From NCBI GenBank assembly GCA_964016885.1, contig OZ024745.1, positions 34,720,001-34,784,000 on the forward strand: 64,000 nucleotides of DNA. Reading direction: 5' to 3'. This document shows positions 1 to 11,756 of this stretch, piece after piece. The translations under genes and the position numbers were made by a program. Source of the stretch: Eledone cirrhosa (lineage: Eukaryota). The first letter of the stretch is position 1, and every line of letters starts with the position of its first letter. The notes under the pieces are model-generated. The model did no database searches. It worked only from the letters and a program-made list of their open reading frames with translations, and was not told the origin of the DNA.

Positions 1-26
1 TATGATTTTCCAAAATCATGGAACCT

Positions 27-462
27 ATAACTATGAAATATTTCAACCACCCTAATTTTCATAAGACAGTAAATCAAATAAAAATTAAAAGATTTAAACT
101 AAATTTTATGTAATTTTAATTAGAAAACATTGCTGTGAAAACACCTTCCACTATTTTTCACTAAACAGAAAATCCTGAGATTACTTTTATGCAATTTGGT
201 GATTATTGTCTCTACATTAAAAGATAACTACACCTATGTTTCTGTCATTATCTCATGAGGAGACAATAATCTCTGAAATATACAAAAGTCATCTCTTATG
301 TTTTTCTCTGTACTGAAATATAGTTGAAAGTGTTTATACAGCAAAAGTTTCTAATAAAGAAAATCACTGTAGATATATCTATGTTATATTTACCTTAAAT
401 CTTCTAATATACACTGTATATATAAATATCTATTATGAAACAGAAAACATATAAATAGTTAT
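27..462. mobile_element. Old, diverged fold-back element with a degenerate hammerhead motif (PLE-derived, inferred)
   Basis: Arms pair around ~238: ataactat(27-34)/atagttat(455-462), attaaaagatttaa/ttaaatcttctaat, gattattgtctc/gagacaataatc. The right arm reads CTCATGA-ggaga-caataa-tctct-GAAA. Confidence 0.6.
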
Positions 463-1176
463 TAAATTATATTAAAAGACAACTTACCTTGTGGAACACC
501 GGAAGGTTTTTTTTTCTTCAAAAACTTAAGAGCTCCTCCATTTTGGGAAACACGGAGCTAGAGCATCTTTCTATTACTTGGAGATATATATCTATATGTA
601 TTTATCTATGTTTGTTATTTATCTATGTTTGTTATAAGAGTTGTGTATGGAACATACCAATCAGTAAATGGTGGTGCAATTAGATTTCATTACTCAACGT
701 TATGTTACTTTTTACTATCCAATTCTATAATTTCAAAAATTGTTATTTAGTATCTTCTATTCTCAACTTATTAACCTATTCTATAGCATTGGCCGAAAAA
801 GCAACACCAACTAAATATAGCAGCTGTTTTAGACTCTACAGTCTTTTTTTTTATCACTTCTTACTATCCAATTTTATATTTCTATATATCTTTCTCTTAT
901 TTTTTTATTGTCTCCTAATCTCAATTGATTTACTTATTCTATAACGTCCCTCCTCTATTTTATCCAAAACCCTTTTTCGCCTTTTCATCTGGCCTATTTT
1001 CATACACAACCCTTAGAATTTGCTGTATAGATTCCACTTTCAATGCTTGACCGGCTCCACCCACTCCCTTATTGTTCTACAGGCAAGTTCAGCCTCCCCC
1101 ATGATAGACTTAACTGTGTTTTCAACAAATTTTGACCAATCCTTTTGACAACTACAATCTTCCCATATAAGGAAGT

Positions 1177-1272
1177 ACCCTTTGAAAAGTTTGGCTATTT
1201 ATTTACCAGGCTAAAAATTCTAATTTAGTCCAGAAATAGCCGTCGAAAAGGCTTGAGCCCTGCCTTCGGGGT
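1177..1272 (+). ncRNA. Type I hammerhead ribozyme, U3-A8 core variant
   Basis: Stem I accct(1177-81)/ggggt(1268-72); core TTGAAAA(1182-88); stem II G1189-C1244 plus ggctattt(1193-1200)/aaatagcc(1234-41); GAAA(1245-48); stem III aggc/gcct; UC cleavage site at 1266-67. Followed shortly by (TA)n. Confidence 0.7.
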
Positions 1273-1304
1273 CATATATTTTCCTATATATATATATATA
1301 TATA

Positions 1305-1691
1305 TGAAAAGTGTGATTTACTACACAAAACGAAGGTTATAGAGAAAATTGGGGTTGGTAATGGCACATGGAATATATAAGAGACAGAATACTTTTTTGT
1401 GAAAAAACATAATTTTATAAGGTAAGGAAATAATAAAGGGTATAAAAAATGACCGGTTTCGATGGGTCTGCAAAAGCCATCTTTTCAAATGTTGATTAAT
1501 ATTAAGAAAAATTAATAATAAGAAGAGTTAAAATTTGAGATTTGAAAATTCAAGTATAAAATTCATTGTGGGATTTCACAGTAGTTTTCATCTTGGTAGC
1601 AGCTCGTTGACTGCAACAATAATAATTAAGGCACCCAGCAGTCAACGAGCTGCTACCAAGATGAAACATTGTGCCATTACCAACCCCAATT

Positions 1692-1740
<49 letters not shown>
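1305..1740 (-). mobile_element. PLE-like 3' fragment between (TA)n tracts, with nested inverted repeats
   Basis: 1343-1368 is the exact reverse complement of 1670-1695; a perfect 29-bp hairpin lies at 1586-1614/1638-1666; the element carries an HHR on the minus strand (1446-1493). Confidence 0.65.
1446..1493 (-). ncRNA. Minimal type I hammerhead ribozyme, U3-A8 core variant
   Basis: Minus strand reads aacat-TTGAAAA-gatgg-cttttgcagac-ccatc-GAAA-ccgg-TC-atttt: 5-bp stem II with G10.1-C11.1, palindromic stem III ACCGGT, GUC triplet, weak stem I. Confidence 0.65.
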
Positions 1741-1742
<2 letters not shown>

Positions 1743-2283
1743 AAAATTGAATTAGAAGATGTTGCCATAATTCTGACTAAATAAAATAGTCTAATAATAA
1801 CAGAGCATATAAACCAACTGAATGGAAAAAGATGGGCATCAGCATAATTCAATTTTCAAATGCTGCTCAGTTTTCTAAACATACGATATATATATATATA
1901 AATCTTTTTCTATTTCTTACACTCAGTAAAATCCTGTTATTCACTGTAAAATTCTTTAGCTCTTCAGGAATTTTATAATGAAAGAGAAAACAACATTTCT
2001 TAATCGTGTTTAATGTGGCATAAATTAGAGGTAAGTTCTTTGACCATATGATATTTCGTCGCCTAATTTTGATTCCTGCAACAAATCATTTCCATTAGAA
2101 TGGTTTTGATAACATCCTTGGGAAAGAGCCAAAAATTATAATGTTCCAGTATCCATCTTCTAAAAGCATTTAAAGATCTTCCTCATGCCACTCAAAAATT
2201 ATCATTACTATCACCAGCACCATCATTATCATCAGCATAATTATTATTGTTGTTTTTGTTGTTGTTATTATTACTATTATTAA

Positions 2284-2387
2284 GGGCGGTGGATTGGCAG
2301 TATCGGTAGAGGGTCGGACGCCATGCTTTCCAGCATAGTTACGTCCCTTTACGATCTGAGTTCAAATCCCGCCGAGGTAGAAACAAT
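2284..2387 (+). mobile_element. tRNA-derived SINE family A, internally deleted
   Basis: Head ggcggtggattggcagtatcggtagag and B-box gagttcaaatcccgcc joined directly to the tail gtagaaacaattat. Confidence 0.8.
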
Positions 2388-2706
2388 TATTACTATTATT
2401 ATCATTATTGTTTCTTCCCTCAGCATCTAATGCTGGAGATGTATTACAGTGTTAGCTGTTCATTACCAGTGAACTGAGGTAACACCCCTTATTTTTCGAG
2501 TACCCTCTGGTGTAAAAGGGGACTGGGGTAATGTTCTTTAACTAGCCTCAGAAACTTGTCAAGATAGTACCTAGTGCTCCTATGATGATAGGCACAACCT
2601 TGAGAGTCTCAAATCCTTTTCAGTTCCCACTTTAGATCCTGGTACAGATTAATTTTCTCTTTATCCTTTTCTTGCTCTCGTTATTAATAATAGCAGGTGG
2701 ATTTAT

Positions 2707-3330
2707 GGCGGTGGATTGGCAGTATCGGTAGAGGGTCGGACACCATGCTTTGACGCACAGAGTTACGACACTTGCCATTCTGAGTTCAAATCCCGCCGAG
2801 GTTAACTTTGCCTTTCATCCTTACGGGGTCGATAAAATAAAGTACCAGTAATGCACTGGTTAATTGCTGGCCTTGTGCCAAAAGTAGAAACAATTATTAT
2901 TAATAGCACCGTGGTCAACTTTGCCTTTCATCCTTACAGGGTCAATAAAATAAAGCACCAGTAATGCACTGGGGTAATTGTTGACCATGTGCCAAAAGTA
3001 GAAACAATTATTATTATTATTATTATTATTATTGTTGTTATTATATGACAGATGTAAAATGATGATGATGATGATGATGATGATAATATTACTATTATTA
3101 TTATTGTTGTGGCTGTGGATTGGCAGTATTGGTAGGGCGTTGAACAATGGGGTTTGCCGCATAGAGTTTTGGCCCTTCACATTCTGCGTTCAAATCCTGC
3201 CAAGGTTAACTTTACCTTTTAGCCTTACAAGATCGATAAAATAAAATAAAGTACCAGTAATGCAGAGGGATCGATTTAATCGACTTTTCCTTCCATCAAA
3301 ATTGCTGGCCTTGTGCCAATAGTAAAAATC
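2707..3330 (+). mobile_element. Cluster of SINE family A copies (tRNA head plus Meta-like core)
   Basis: Full copy 2707-2895, partial copy 2911-3008, diverged copy 3110-3330. The core aactttgcctttcatccttacggggtcgataaaataaagtaccagt resembles the MetaSINE central domain. Confidence 0.85.
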
Positions 3331-5473
3331 ATTATTATTGATCCGGTTCTTTATTCACTGAGTTCATATCCTGCTGAAATCAACTTTGCCTGTTATCCTA
3401 CTGGGGCCAACAAAATAAACAATCAGTCAAGTACTGCGATCAATATAATCAACTTCTCCATCCCACTACAAAAATGTTTGTCCTTGTGTCTGAATTTGAA
3501 ACTGTTCTTATTTATATTTAAAATTAAGTTTAATCCGTTATATTATGATTTTAAATCCATCCCAAGTCCAACGTTTACTTTGCCTTTCTTTCCTCTTGGA
3601 TCAATAAAATAAATTCTAGTCCGATACTTGGAGTAAATTAACACTGAAATTACCCTGCCTCATTTAAAATACTTGGACTCTTCCAATGCAAGAAATCCTA
3701 ACTAAGCAATATATAACTGTATAAAATTATGATATTGAAACATCATTATGGTTATATTGTTATTGTTGTTTTACACTTTCTCATTAGATTCCAGTAGCTT
3801 TTCTCCAGGGAACGGGGAGGAGAGGAGATATAAGAGTATATATTTCTTGATATGTAATGAGTTTCTTAATTAGTTTATCAGTAGGTTTTGATACCAATCA
3901 GTAACAAATGACAATCTAGAAGAGAGGCATACTTTATGACTGTGTTCTTTCTGTCAGTTAGGAGTAATGATGCCCTTGAGACAAAACAAATTGTGTTGAT
4001 GTGTATAGCTACTAGAGACCTAACACAAGTGATGTTTATCTCTTCCTATCTCTCTTTCTTTCTAGCAATACTTTGCCTTTGATAAATAATATTAAATTAT
4101 GCTTTTGTTTAGCTGCAGATAAGCTCTGATCTAGCAGATTTATTATCAAATGTATTCCAGCAATGACCAACAACAACATAAGTGTTTTAAGGTCATATTT
4201 CTTGTTAAAGCAAGGGTTAGCCTTGTGGGATACTTGGCAGGCCACATAAACATCATGGCGTCATTTTTGAATCAATCTTTTATAGCCAGATACCCTTCCT
4301 AGTACCAACACATTTAGTTGCCTCTTATAACATAGGAATATGGTGTACCTATTCTAAACCAAATGACTATTCCATCTTATATATCTTAGACAACCCCATT
4401 ATATGTTACATCTTTTTCTTTTTCAAGATGGAGCATCAAGGATATAAGAAAATTTTGGTTTCTGTTTCTACTACTTTTGGCCAATACTGGAACATTTAAT
4501 GAGGCAAATTGGCAGACTTGTTAAAGCTTTGCGTAAAACACTTTGTAATATTTCCTTCAGCCCTCTGTATTCTGGGTTCAAATCTCGCTGATGTTAACTT
4601 TGCCTTGCATCCTTTTGGGGTTGCTAAAGTACTAGTTCAAGGTGGTGGTCTGGCAGAATTGTTAAAGTATCTGTTTTGTCTAAGTGCATTCTGAGTTCAA
4701 ACTGTGCCTACAGTTACAGAAAACAGTAAACCTGTCAGTAAAATACTCAAGACTCCTATGGGATGCAGACTTGTTGGAGAATAGCTAATACTCTAAATTT
4801 GTTGCTATAATGTGTGAACTATCATAGCAACAAATACTGGAAAGTTTTATAGCAATGAAACTTGCTTTTTCAGAATATTTTTTCAATAAAGTATGCTCAG
4901 TACTCCCTAAAGTGATTAAAGACTGAATAAAGACAATGTAGGGTAAAGAAAATGGTTTTTCTAGTGCTGGTACTATAATAAAAGACATCCAGTACACTCT
5001 GTAAAGTGGTTGTTGCTAGGAAGGGTATCCAATTGAATATATGAGTGTGGCATGGTCCTTTGAACTATCAAGGAAAGCAAGGCAATAACTGACTCAGATT
5101 ATAACAATTTATCCAACCTATGTCAGCATAAAGGATAATGATTATGTATAAGGACCAGAAAGGTCTTTGATAGCTTTGAAGAAATTTATGATGATAAACC
5201 TTTGAGCCAGGAAATGATTCTGTACTGCTGCTATGAGATTGTATTTCACCCTTAAAAAAACACAATATCCAAACCTACATGGTGAGTAGCCACCAAATCT
5301 TCCCCAAATAACACAATATTGTTATAAAAATAGGACACGTTAGATAATGTAATTCTGCATATACAAAACACAAGATGATCATGAATGAAGTACCATTGAT
5401 TATATACCTGTATTATCAGGTTTAAGCTGGTGTTAATAATACTTCCCATATGTGCAATTGATACATTTCTTTC

Positions 5474-5816
5474 AAAGTATAGAAATTATTGTAGCAAGAA
5501 GCCAACGGTACTCCATAATATATATATATATATATATTAATTCAAAATATTAACAAAAATAGACATTCGTGTGATCAAGATATTTTATTATACATATTTC
5601 AGAGGTACTGAGCTATCTTCAACAGTACGTCCTCATCAGATAAAATAAGTCATGACTGAATGACTGAATCTTAACCATCTACTTTGTCAGGGTATGTCAT
5701 GCACCATCTTATTTTATCTGATGAGGACGTACTGTTGAAGATAGCTCAGTACCTCTGAAATATGTATAATAAAATATCTTGATCACACGAATGTCTATTT
5801 TTGTTAATATTTTGAA

Positions 5817-5886
<70 letters not shown>

Positions 5887-5927
5887 GGAATACTGTTGGC
5901 TTCTTGCTACAATAATTTCTATACTTT
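5474..5927. mobile_element. Young fold-back element with an HHR on each arm
   Basis: 5474-5649 and 5708-5927 are near-perfect reverse complements apart from internal (TA)n length, with a 58-bp spacer; followed by (TA)n. Confidence 0.85.
5710..5776 (+). ncRNA. Minimal type I hammerhead ribozyme (mirror copy on minus strand at 5581-5647)
   Basis: Stem I tattttat/ataaaata; CTGATGA(5718-24); 10-position stem II ggacgtactg/cagtacctct with one mismatch; GAAA(5757-60); near-palindromic stem III tatgta; UA cleavage site at 5767-68. Confidence 0.8.
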
Positions 5928-5929
5928 TC

Positions 5930-5994
<65 letters not shown>

Positions 5995-6240
5995 GTATGG
6001 AGTGTCAGATATTACTGGGCTCCAAAAACCAAAGTACCAACTGAACTTCCCACTTATAGGCCTTGATGCTAGGCATTTCACACACACATAATACATAGAA
6101 TACTTTCAACAAAATCGAAAGCAAAACAAAACATTTTACATACCCAAGACACACAGAACCGAGCTCGGTTGAGCAGTAAAAGAATGTGAATGACAAGCAA
6201 AGCAAAATAAATTGCAGAGAAAATTTAAGAAATATTGTAA

Positions 6241-6500
6241 TCAATAGAGAATTTTTTTTAGGTGATAACTTGCCCACAGCTTTTTGTGATATGAATGATA
6301 CCTTAATTAGTGCAACTAAGAGTAAGAGATAGATGTGTAGTGGAAGACAGTAGGATGAAAAGCAATCATCTCCTATTTATGGATGACTTGAAGCTATTTG
6401 TAAAGAACAAAGGGTATATTGTTTCCTTAATGCAAACAATACATGGGTATAGTGATGACTTTAGATGGATGGAAATTTAGATTAAAATCTGTGAAGTATT
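6241..6500 (+). pseudogene. Decayed reverse-transcriptase fragment of an RLE-type (R4/NeSL-like) non-LTR retrotransposon
   Basis: Reads ...GDNL.. then NHLLFMDDLKLFVKNKGYIVSLMQTIHGYSDD..., matching the QGDSLSP / HLLYMDDLKLY motifs; contains frameshifts and stops. Confidence 0.7.
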
Positions 6501-7761
6501 GATAATAGAGAATATAGTGGAAAGTAATAGGATATAATTATCAGATCAGAAGATGATAGAAAGACAGACAGCCAGATAGATAGGTGGGTGAGTTGGGGTG
6601 GTTGAAAAGACAGACAAATAGTTAAGCAGGAGATCGGGTAGGTGGATGGATGTGTAGATGGAAGGAGAGACAGACAAACAGACAGATAGCTAGATAAATG
6701 GATAAAGGGGTATGTATATAGGTAGGTTGGTAGGTATGACCATAGGTAGGTAGTAGTTATATAAATAGAAGGGTGGAAAGGAGAGGAACATAAATTAAGC
6801 AAGATAGTCATGACTAAGATAAAAATAACATAGCATGAAGCAAGTAATTAAAAAAATATAATTCAAAGGGTTGAAATTCATCCTTAACACTAATATCATC
6901 ACAGGAAATACTAATCAGTAACCCTTCGCATTCTGTAATGATTTAGGAGAAAATATCTAAAAATAGCTTTTTTAATTCAAATGTTTATAGTTTCTTGATC
7001 CTAAATCCAGAGTCTTCTCACTCCTGTTAGAAAAACCCTTCCCTGGTTGGCTTCCACCGCTTCCTATCTCTGACCATATTGGGCTGAGGTATCAGGTCAG
7101 ATCATCGAGCCATCTGGCCTTTGGCTACTCTCTATTTCTGCTCCACTGCCTTCCTGTCCACTCTGTTACTCTAATAGTCCCATGGTCGCCTATCTATGTT
7201 TGCCCTTCTTGATAGTTTCAATTACCTAGGCATTAATTTATCAAAATTTAAATTTCCCAATTTGTATAGCTTGTTATATATCTGGTAATCTTAGTATATG
7301 TTGCATACCAATCTAGGACTACAAAGATTAAATACATTTAATGATATTGCCATTTATTATTGACAGCATTGATCCACTAGTATTGTATATTATGATATTT
7401 GCTTCACTTATAAGCACTACAATACTAAAGATTAATTGTGGTAAGAGAACAGAGACTGCACAGAGTGAAGAAGGCTCTTTTTCACTTGCAATACACTGAA
7501 CAACCTCTCTGGTGTTGGTGTCATGATAAAAGGCACTCACTATACTGTAAAATAGTAGCACTGGTTCTATGATAAAATGCACACAGTACATTCTATAAAG
7601 TGGTTGGCAATAGGAAGGGTACCTAACTGTAGAAACCATGACAAAATATGGAATGTATGAGCAAGACATATCTCTCTAATCCATCTAGTCTCAGAGCATG
7701 ACAACTTGTCCAACCATGCCAACACAGAAAACAAACATTAAATGATGATTATGATGATAAA

Positions 7762-8030
7762 ATAATTGTTTCTACTTTTGGCACAAGGCCAGCAATTATC
7801 TCAGTGCACTACTTGTGCTTTATTTTATCGACTCCGTAAGGATGAAAGGAAAAGCTAACCTCAGTGGGATTTTAACTCAGAACGTAAAGTGTCGTAACTC
7901 TATGCCACAAAGCATGATATATGACGTTCTACCGATACTGCCAATCCACTGCCCTTGGTGATAAAATAATTGTTTCTACTTTTGACACAAGGCCAGCAAT
8001 TATCCCAGTGCATACTTGGTGATAAAATAA
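7762..8030 (-). mobile_element. SINE family A plus a duplicated 3' tail
   Basis: Reverse-complement SINE at 7762-7955 followed by a partial tail at 7970-8012; tgataaaataat occurs three times (7755, 7959, 8020). Confidence 0.8.
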
Positions 8031-8367
8031 TGACATTATATAAGGTGTGTTGTCAATGTGCACCAGCTATGTTTTATCATTTAATAAGAAGTGATTTATT
8101 TGTTTAATTATTTTAGCTATTATTTATGGGATTTAAATAAAAGTAACATTTTCCTCTGTGACTTGTATTTTCTCTCAGTCAAAATAGTGAAACATTTCTG
8201 TGACTTTTTATTCTTTAAATTTATTTCTGTTTACCATTGATACAGGTTTTATATTATCATGGTACATGGAAATAATCTTAAAGGAAAATCAATTAGAAAA
8301 GAATAATTTAGATGGAAGGAAATTAAAACTGTATAGCTATAAATGCAGCATTTGTATTTGAAGATAT

Positions 8368-8597
8368 CTTAACACTTTTTTGTACCAACCCACCTAAAAT
8401 TGCCTCTGGTTCTACGAAACTAAAAACATATTTTAAAGGGTTCCTATTTAAATTAAAACCCTCAAACATAAATTATATGTGCTCTTTTTGTTATGTTACA
8501 ATTGAAATAATAAAGTTTAGTAAAAAAAAAATGCAAAAATGTCATTAATTAATTCAAATACAGTTTATTTCATTAGAAATATAGCAGAAGAGTAAAT
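8368..8597 (-). mobile_element. Diverged copy of the TTAA/CCCTTT MITE family (piggyBac-like)
   Basis: Reverse-complement similarity to 31148-31467 and 41752-41999 (cattagaaatat, tatttaaattaaaacc, ctctggttctacgaaac). Confidence 0.5.
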
Positions 8598-9539
8598 AGG
8601 ATTTATACAATTTCATGAAGAAGGGAAAGTATTCTTTTTTTACTGTTTAGTCAGTGTGGGAATGGCAGGAACCATGTCTCTTTTCAGAGTTTCTGAATTA
8701 GGTGGGAGGAAGAAAGGAAAGTATCCTCAAACCTAAGGCTTGGTGTGAATGCTTATAACAGATTGAGCTCCAATAAAAGCAGCCAAGGTTCAAGTGGTGA
8801 TGTTAAATTGGACAACAAATCAACTCTACCACCCAAGTAGGCCACAGGATAATTTGTGGGCCACAGAGTGCAAAGAGCTGAAACAAATACAAGGTACATC
8901 TATCTTCAACAGTTTGGAGATATGCAAGCCAACAAGCAAAGCCTTTTTAGGCTCACTATTCTGCTAAATATAGCAGTTATAATCCCCTTCCTATTGTTTA
9001 AAAAAAAAAGATAAATTAAACTGTAGATTCTGATATACAAAAATAAGGGATGTACAATTACTCATTTATCTATCATTAATACTAAATCTAGTGCATCCAT
9101 GCCATTAGTAATGGCAGCAATAATTAATTTTGGAAGGATAGGATTGGTATGCCATATACACACCATGATTAATGGATATGTAAACAATCATGCAAATTGA
9201 GAAATTTACATTTTGGTGTCTTAATGGTTTGCATAAAAGTAACCCTATTATTTCTGTTGATTATCAGCATGTAAAAATGATTAAAGATCAGTATGATATT
9301 TTGATAGTATATTTCTAGGAAATAATTACATAAATGTTCAGCAGATATTTACAATTAACATACAGGAGTTAATGTATGAGTAACTTTGGAGAAATAACTA
9401 TTTATAGGGACAAATGTAGGACTAGAATCCAAGACCTTGAGACTGGAAACTGAATTTATTATTGTAGCAACATGACTGAGACAGGACATACATTGTAAAT
9501 ATGTATGTTTGCATGTGTCTTTTTCTTTTTTACCTATTT

Positions 9540-10340
9540 ATTCCTGGGAGGGTCATGGGAGCTGAGTCCTCAAGCACACCTTCCATGTCAGAAGCAACCA
9601 TCTCCAATTGATCCAACTGGATCCCCAAGTGAGATCAGCCAAGTTTATGGACATTATCCAACCATCTTGCTCAGGGTCTACCCCTGGGTCTCCTGCCAAA
9701 AATTATTTCCTGAGATATTCTGACATTATATTTGTAGTATCAAAGCTGTGATCTCTCAATTTAGAGAAATAACGGCTCTATCTGGAGTGACTCCCTGATC
9801 TCCAAGCTATGCACTATCAAGTATCATTACTCTAAAGGCACCAGAGGGTGGTGGATTGGCAGTATCGGTAGAGGGTCGGACGCCATGCTTTCCAGCATAG
9901 TTACGTCCCTTTACGATCTGAGTTCAAATCCCGCCGAGGTTGACTTTGCCTTTCATCCTTACGGGGTCGATAAAATAAAGTACCAGTAATGCACTGGGTA
10001 ATTGCTGGCCTTGTGCCTAAAGTAGAAACAATTACTCTAAAGGCACCATTTCTCCATTGGATTCATGATAATCTACTTCCAGTCACTACTCAAGATTGAT
10101 GACCATAGATAAGTGTTGGCACAAATACCGAATTGAAAAGTGTGTGTTTATCTGCTTCCATGAATCTCCACTCACATGAAGAATGTGCAGGCTTCTTTGA
10201 AAGAATGAGTCTCAGTTTTCATAACACCGATTTACATTCCTGCTGTGCAGCACTCGGCAGCAAAGCTATCATGTGTATGTCAGTGATCACCTTCTGACAA
10301 CTTAAGTAATACCATGCCATCTGTAAATTCCAACCAACTG
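9540..10340 (-). mobile_element. RTE-clade LINE 3' ORF remnant interrupted by a SINE
   Basis: Minus strand reads VHSLEIRESLQIEPLFL*IERSQL...GRRPRGRP*ARWLDNV, typical of an RTE C-terminus. Confidence 0.65.
9845..10030 (+). mobile_element. Young SINE family A copy with an 18-bp target-site duplication
   Basis: attactctaaaggcacca at 9826-9843 and 10031-10048. Confidence 0.9.
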
Positions 10341-10431
10341 ACCCTACACATGTGAAGCAAGATATTTATAAATAAATGTACAAAGATACATGGTATATTA
10401 TTATTATGGTTGACTATGTAATAAAAGAAGA

Positions 10432-10768
10432 TCATCATCATCATTTTACGTCCGCTTTTACCTGTTTGCAAGGGTGAGACGGGAACTGATTCTGGCTTGA
10501 TTTTTACAGCTGGATGCCCTTCCTAACACCAACCTCATTTACAGTGAGTGCTGGGTGCTTTTTTGCCATGGCACCTCCACGACCACTTTGCAGTGGAATG
10601 ATATAGACCCCAGTCCCTATCATCTCATTTCTACAGCTGAGTAAACTAGAGCAATGTAAAATAAAGTGTCTTGCTCAAGGAAACAACACATCACCCAGTC
10701 TGCGAATTGAACTCACAACCTTTCAATTGCAAGGCCAATGCTCTAACCACTAAGCCATATGCCTCCAA
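10432..10768 (-). mobile_element. tRNA-derived SINE family B with an RTE-type 3' tail
   Basis: Minus strand: ggaggcatatggcttagtggttagagc...gagttcaattc head, ccttgagcaagacactttatt core, tail ggaagggcatccagctgta...ggacgtaaaatgatgatg. Nearly identical to 33088-33437. Confidence 0.85.
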
Positions 10769-11003
10769 GATAGTGGAATGGTAAAAATTAATAGAGCTGT
10801 GGAGAAAATATCTTCCAGTAATTAGTTATATCCTTTTATGTTCTGAGTTCAGATTCTTCTGAAGCTTACTTAGCTTTTCGCTCCTCGAGTTATAATTTAA
10901 TCCTGTCCCACCCACAGTCAGAGATGTATGTCGGAAATCATAACTTTAGAACTGAAAATCTTACAAATCACACACAGTACACACATACACAAACACATAT
11001 GTA

Positions 11004-11034
<31 letters not shown>

Positions 11035-11756
11035 GAGTATGTGTGTGTACATGTGTATGTATGTATATATATATGTGTTTGCGTATATATGTATGCATGT
11101 GTGTGTGTATTTTTGATTGATCAGTTCTGTTGTTGGCAATGTATTCTAAGGTCCACTGGCACTTTATCAAAGATGCTAAAATATCCCCGTCCTCCTCCTC
11201 CTTATCATCATCATCATTTTATATCCCTTTTCTATGCTGGCAAGGGTTTTAAAAATAGTATAAATATTCATGCATAAACATCCCTTTAGTTTTGTTATTT
11301 CATACAATTTTATGATAATATTATACATCTTGGCCAGTCATAGCAAGCATTCATGCAGGAAGTACACAAATTCAACCTTCAAACAATCTATCATATTATT
11401 ATAAACACGACTCTGTTTTGGAGTCCAAGTACAATGGAATAACAATCTTAATAATTCTTTTTTCTTTCAAATTGAATGTAGTAGTTGATATTCATTCTGT
11501 GAAATGTATTCTCTTTAAGGTCTATGTACCTTTTAGAGGTGGATTTTACAATAAGTAAACTGTTGATGATTGTGGTGTTAAGAATTCCTTTCACAACTAT
11601 GTTATTTTGGATATGATACCACTGTATATCACCTTAAGTAAGTGTTTCTACATCACTTCTTCCTTAAAATGATCATTGTCTTGTGAGTGAAATTTGATAG
11701 ATAGAAAATGTGCAGAAACCCATTCTGTGGGTGTATGTATGTATGTATGTATGACT

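Noticed and set aside
2707-2800. tRNA genes at SINE heads
   Set aside because: A/B-box-like heads continue into SINE cores and tails, and no full cloverleaf is apparent.
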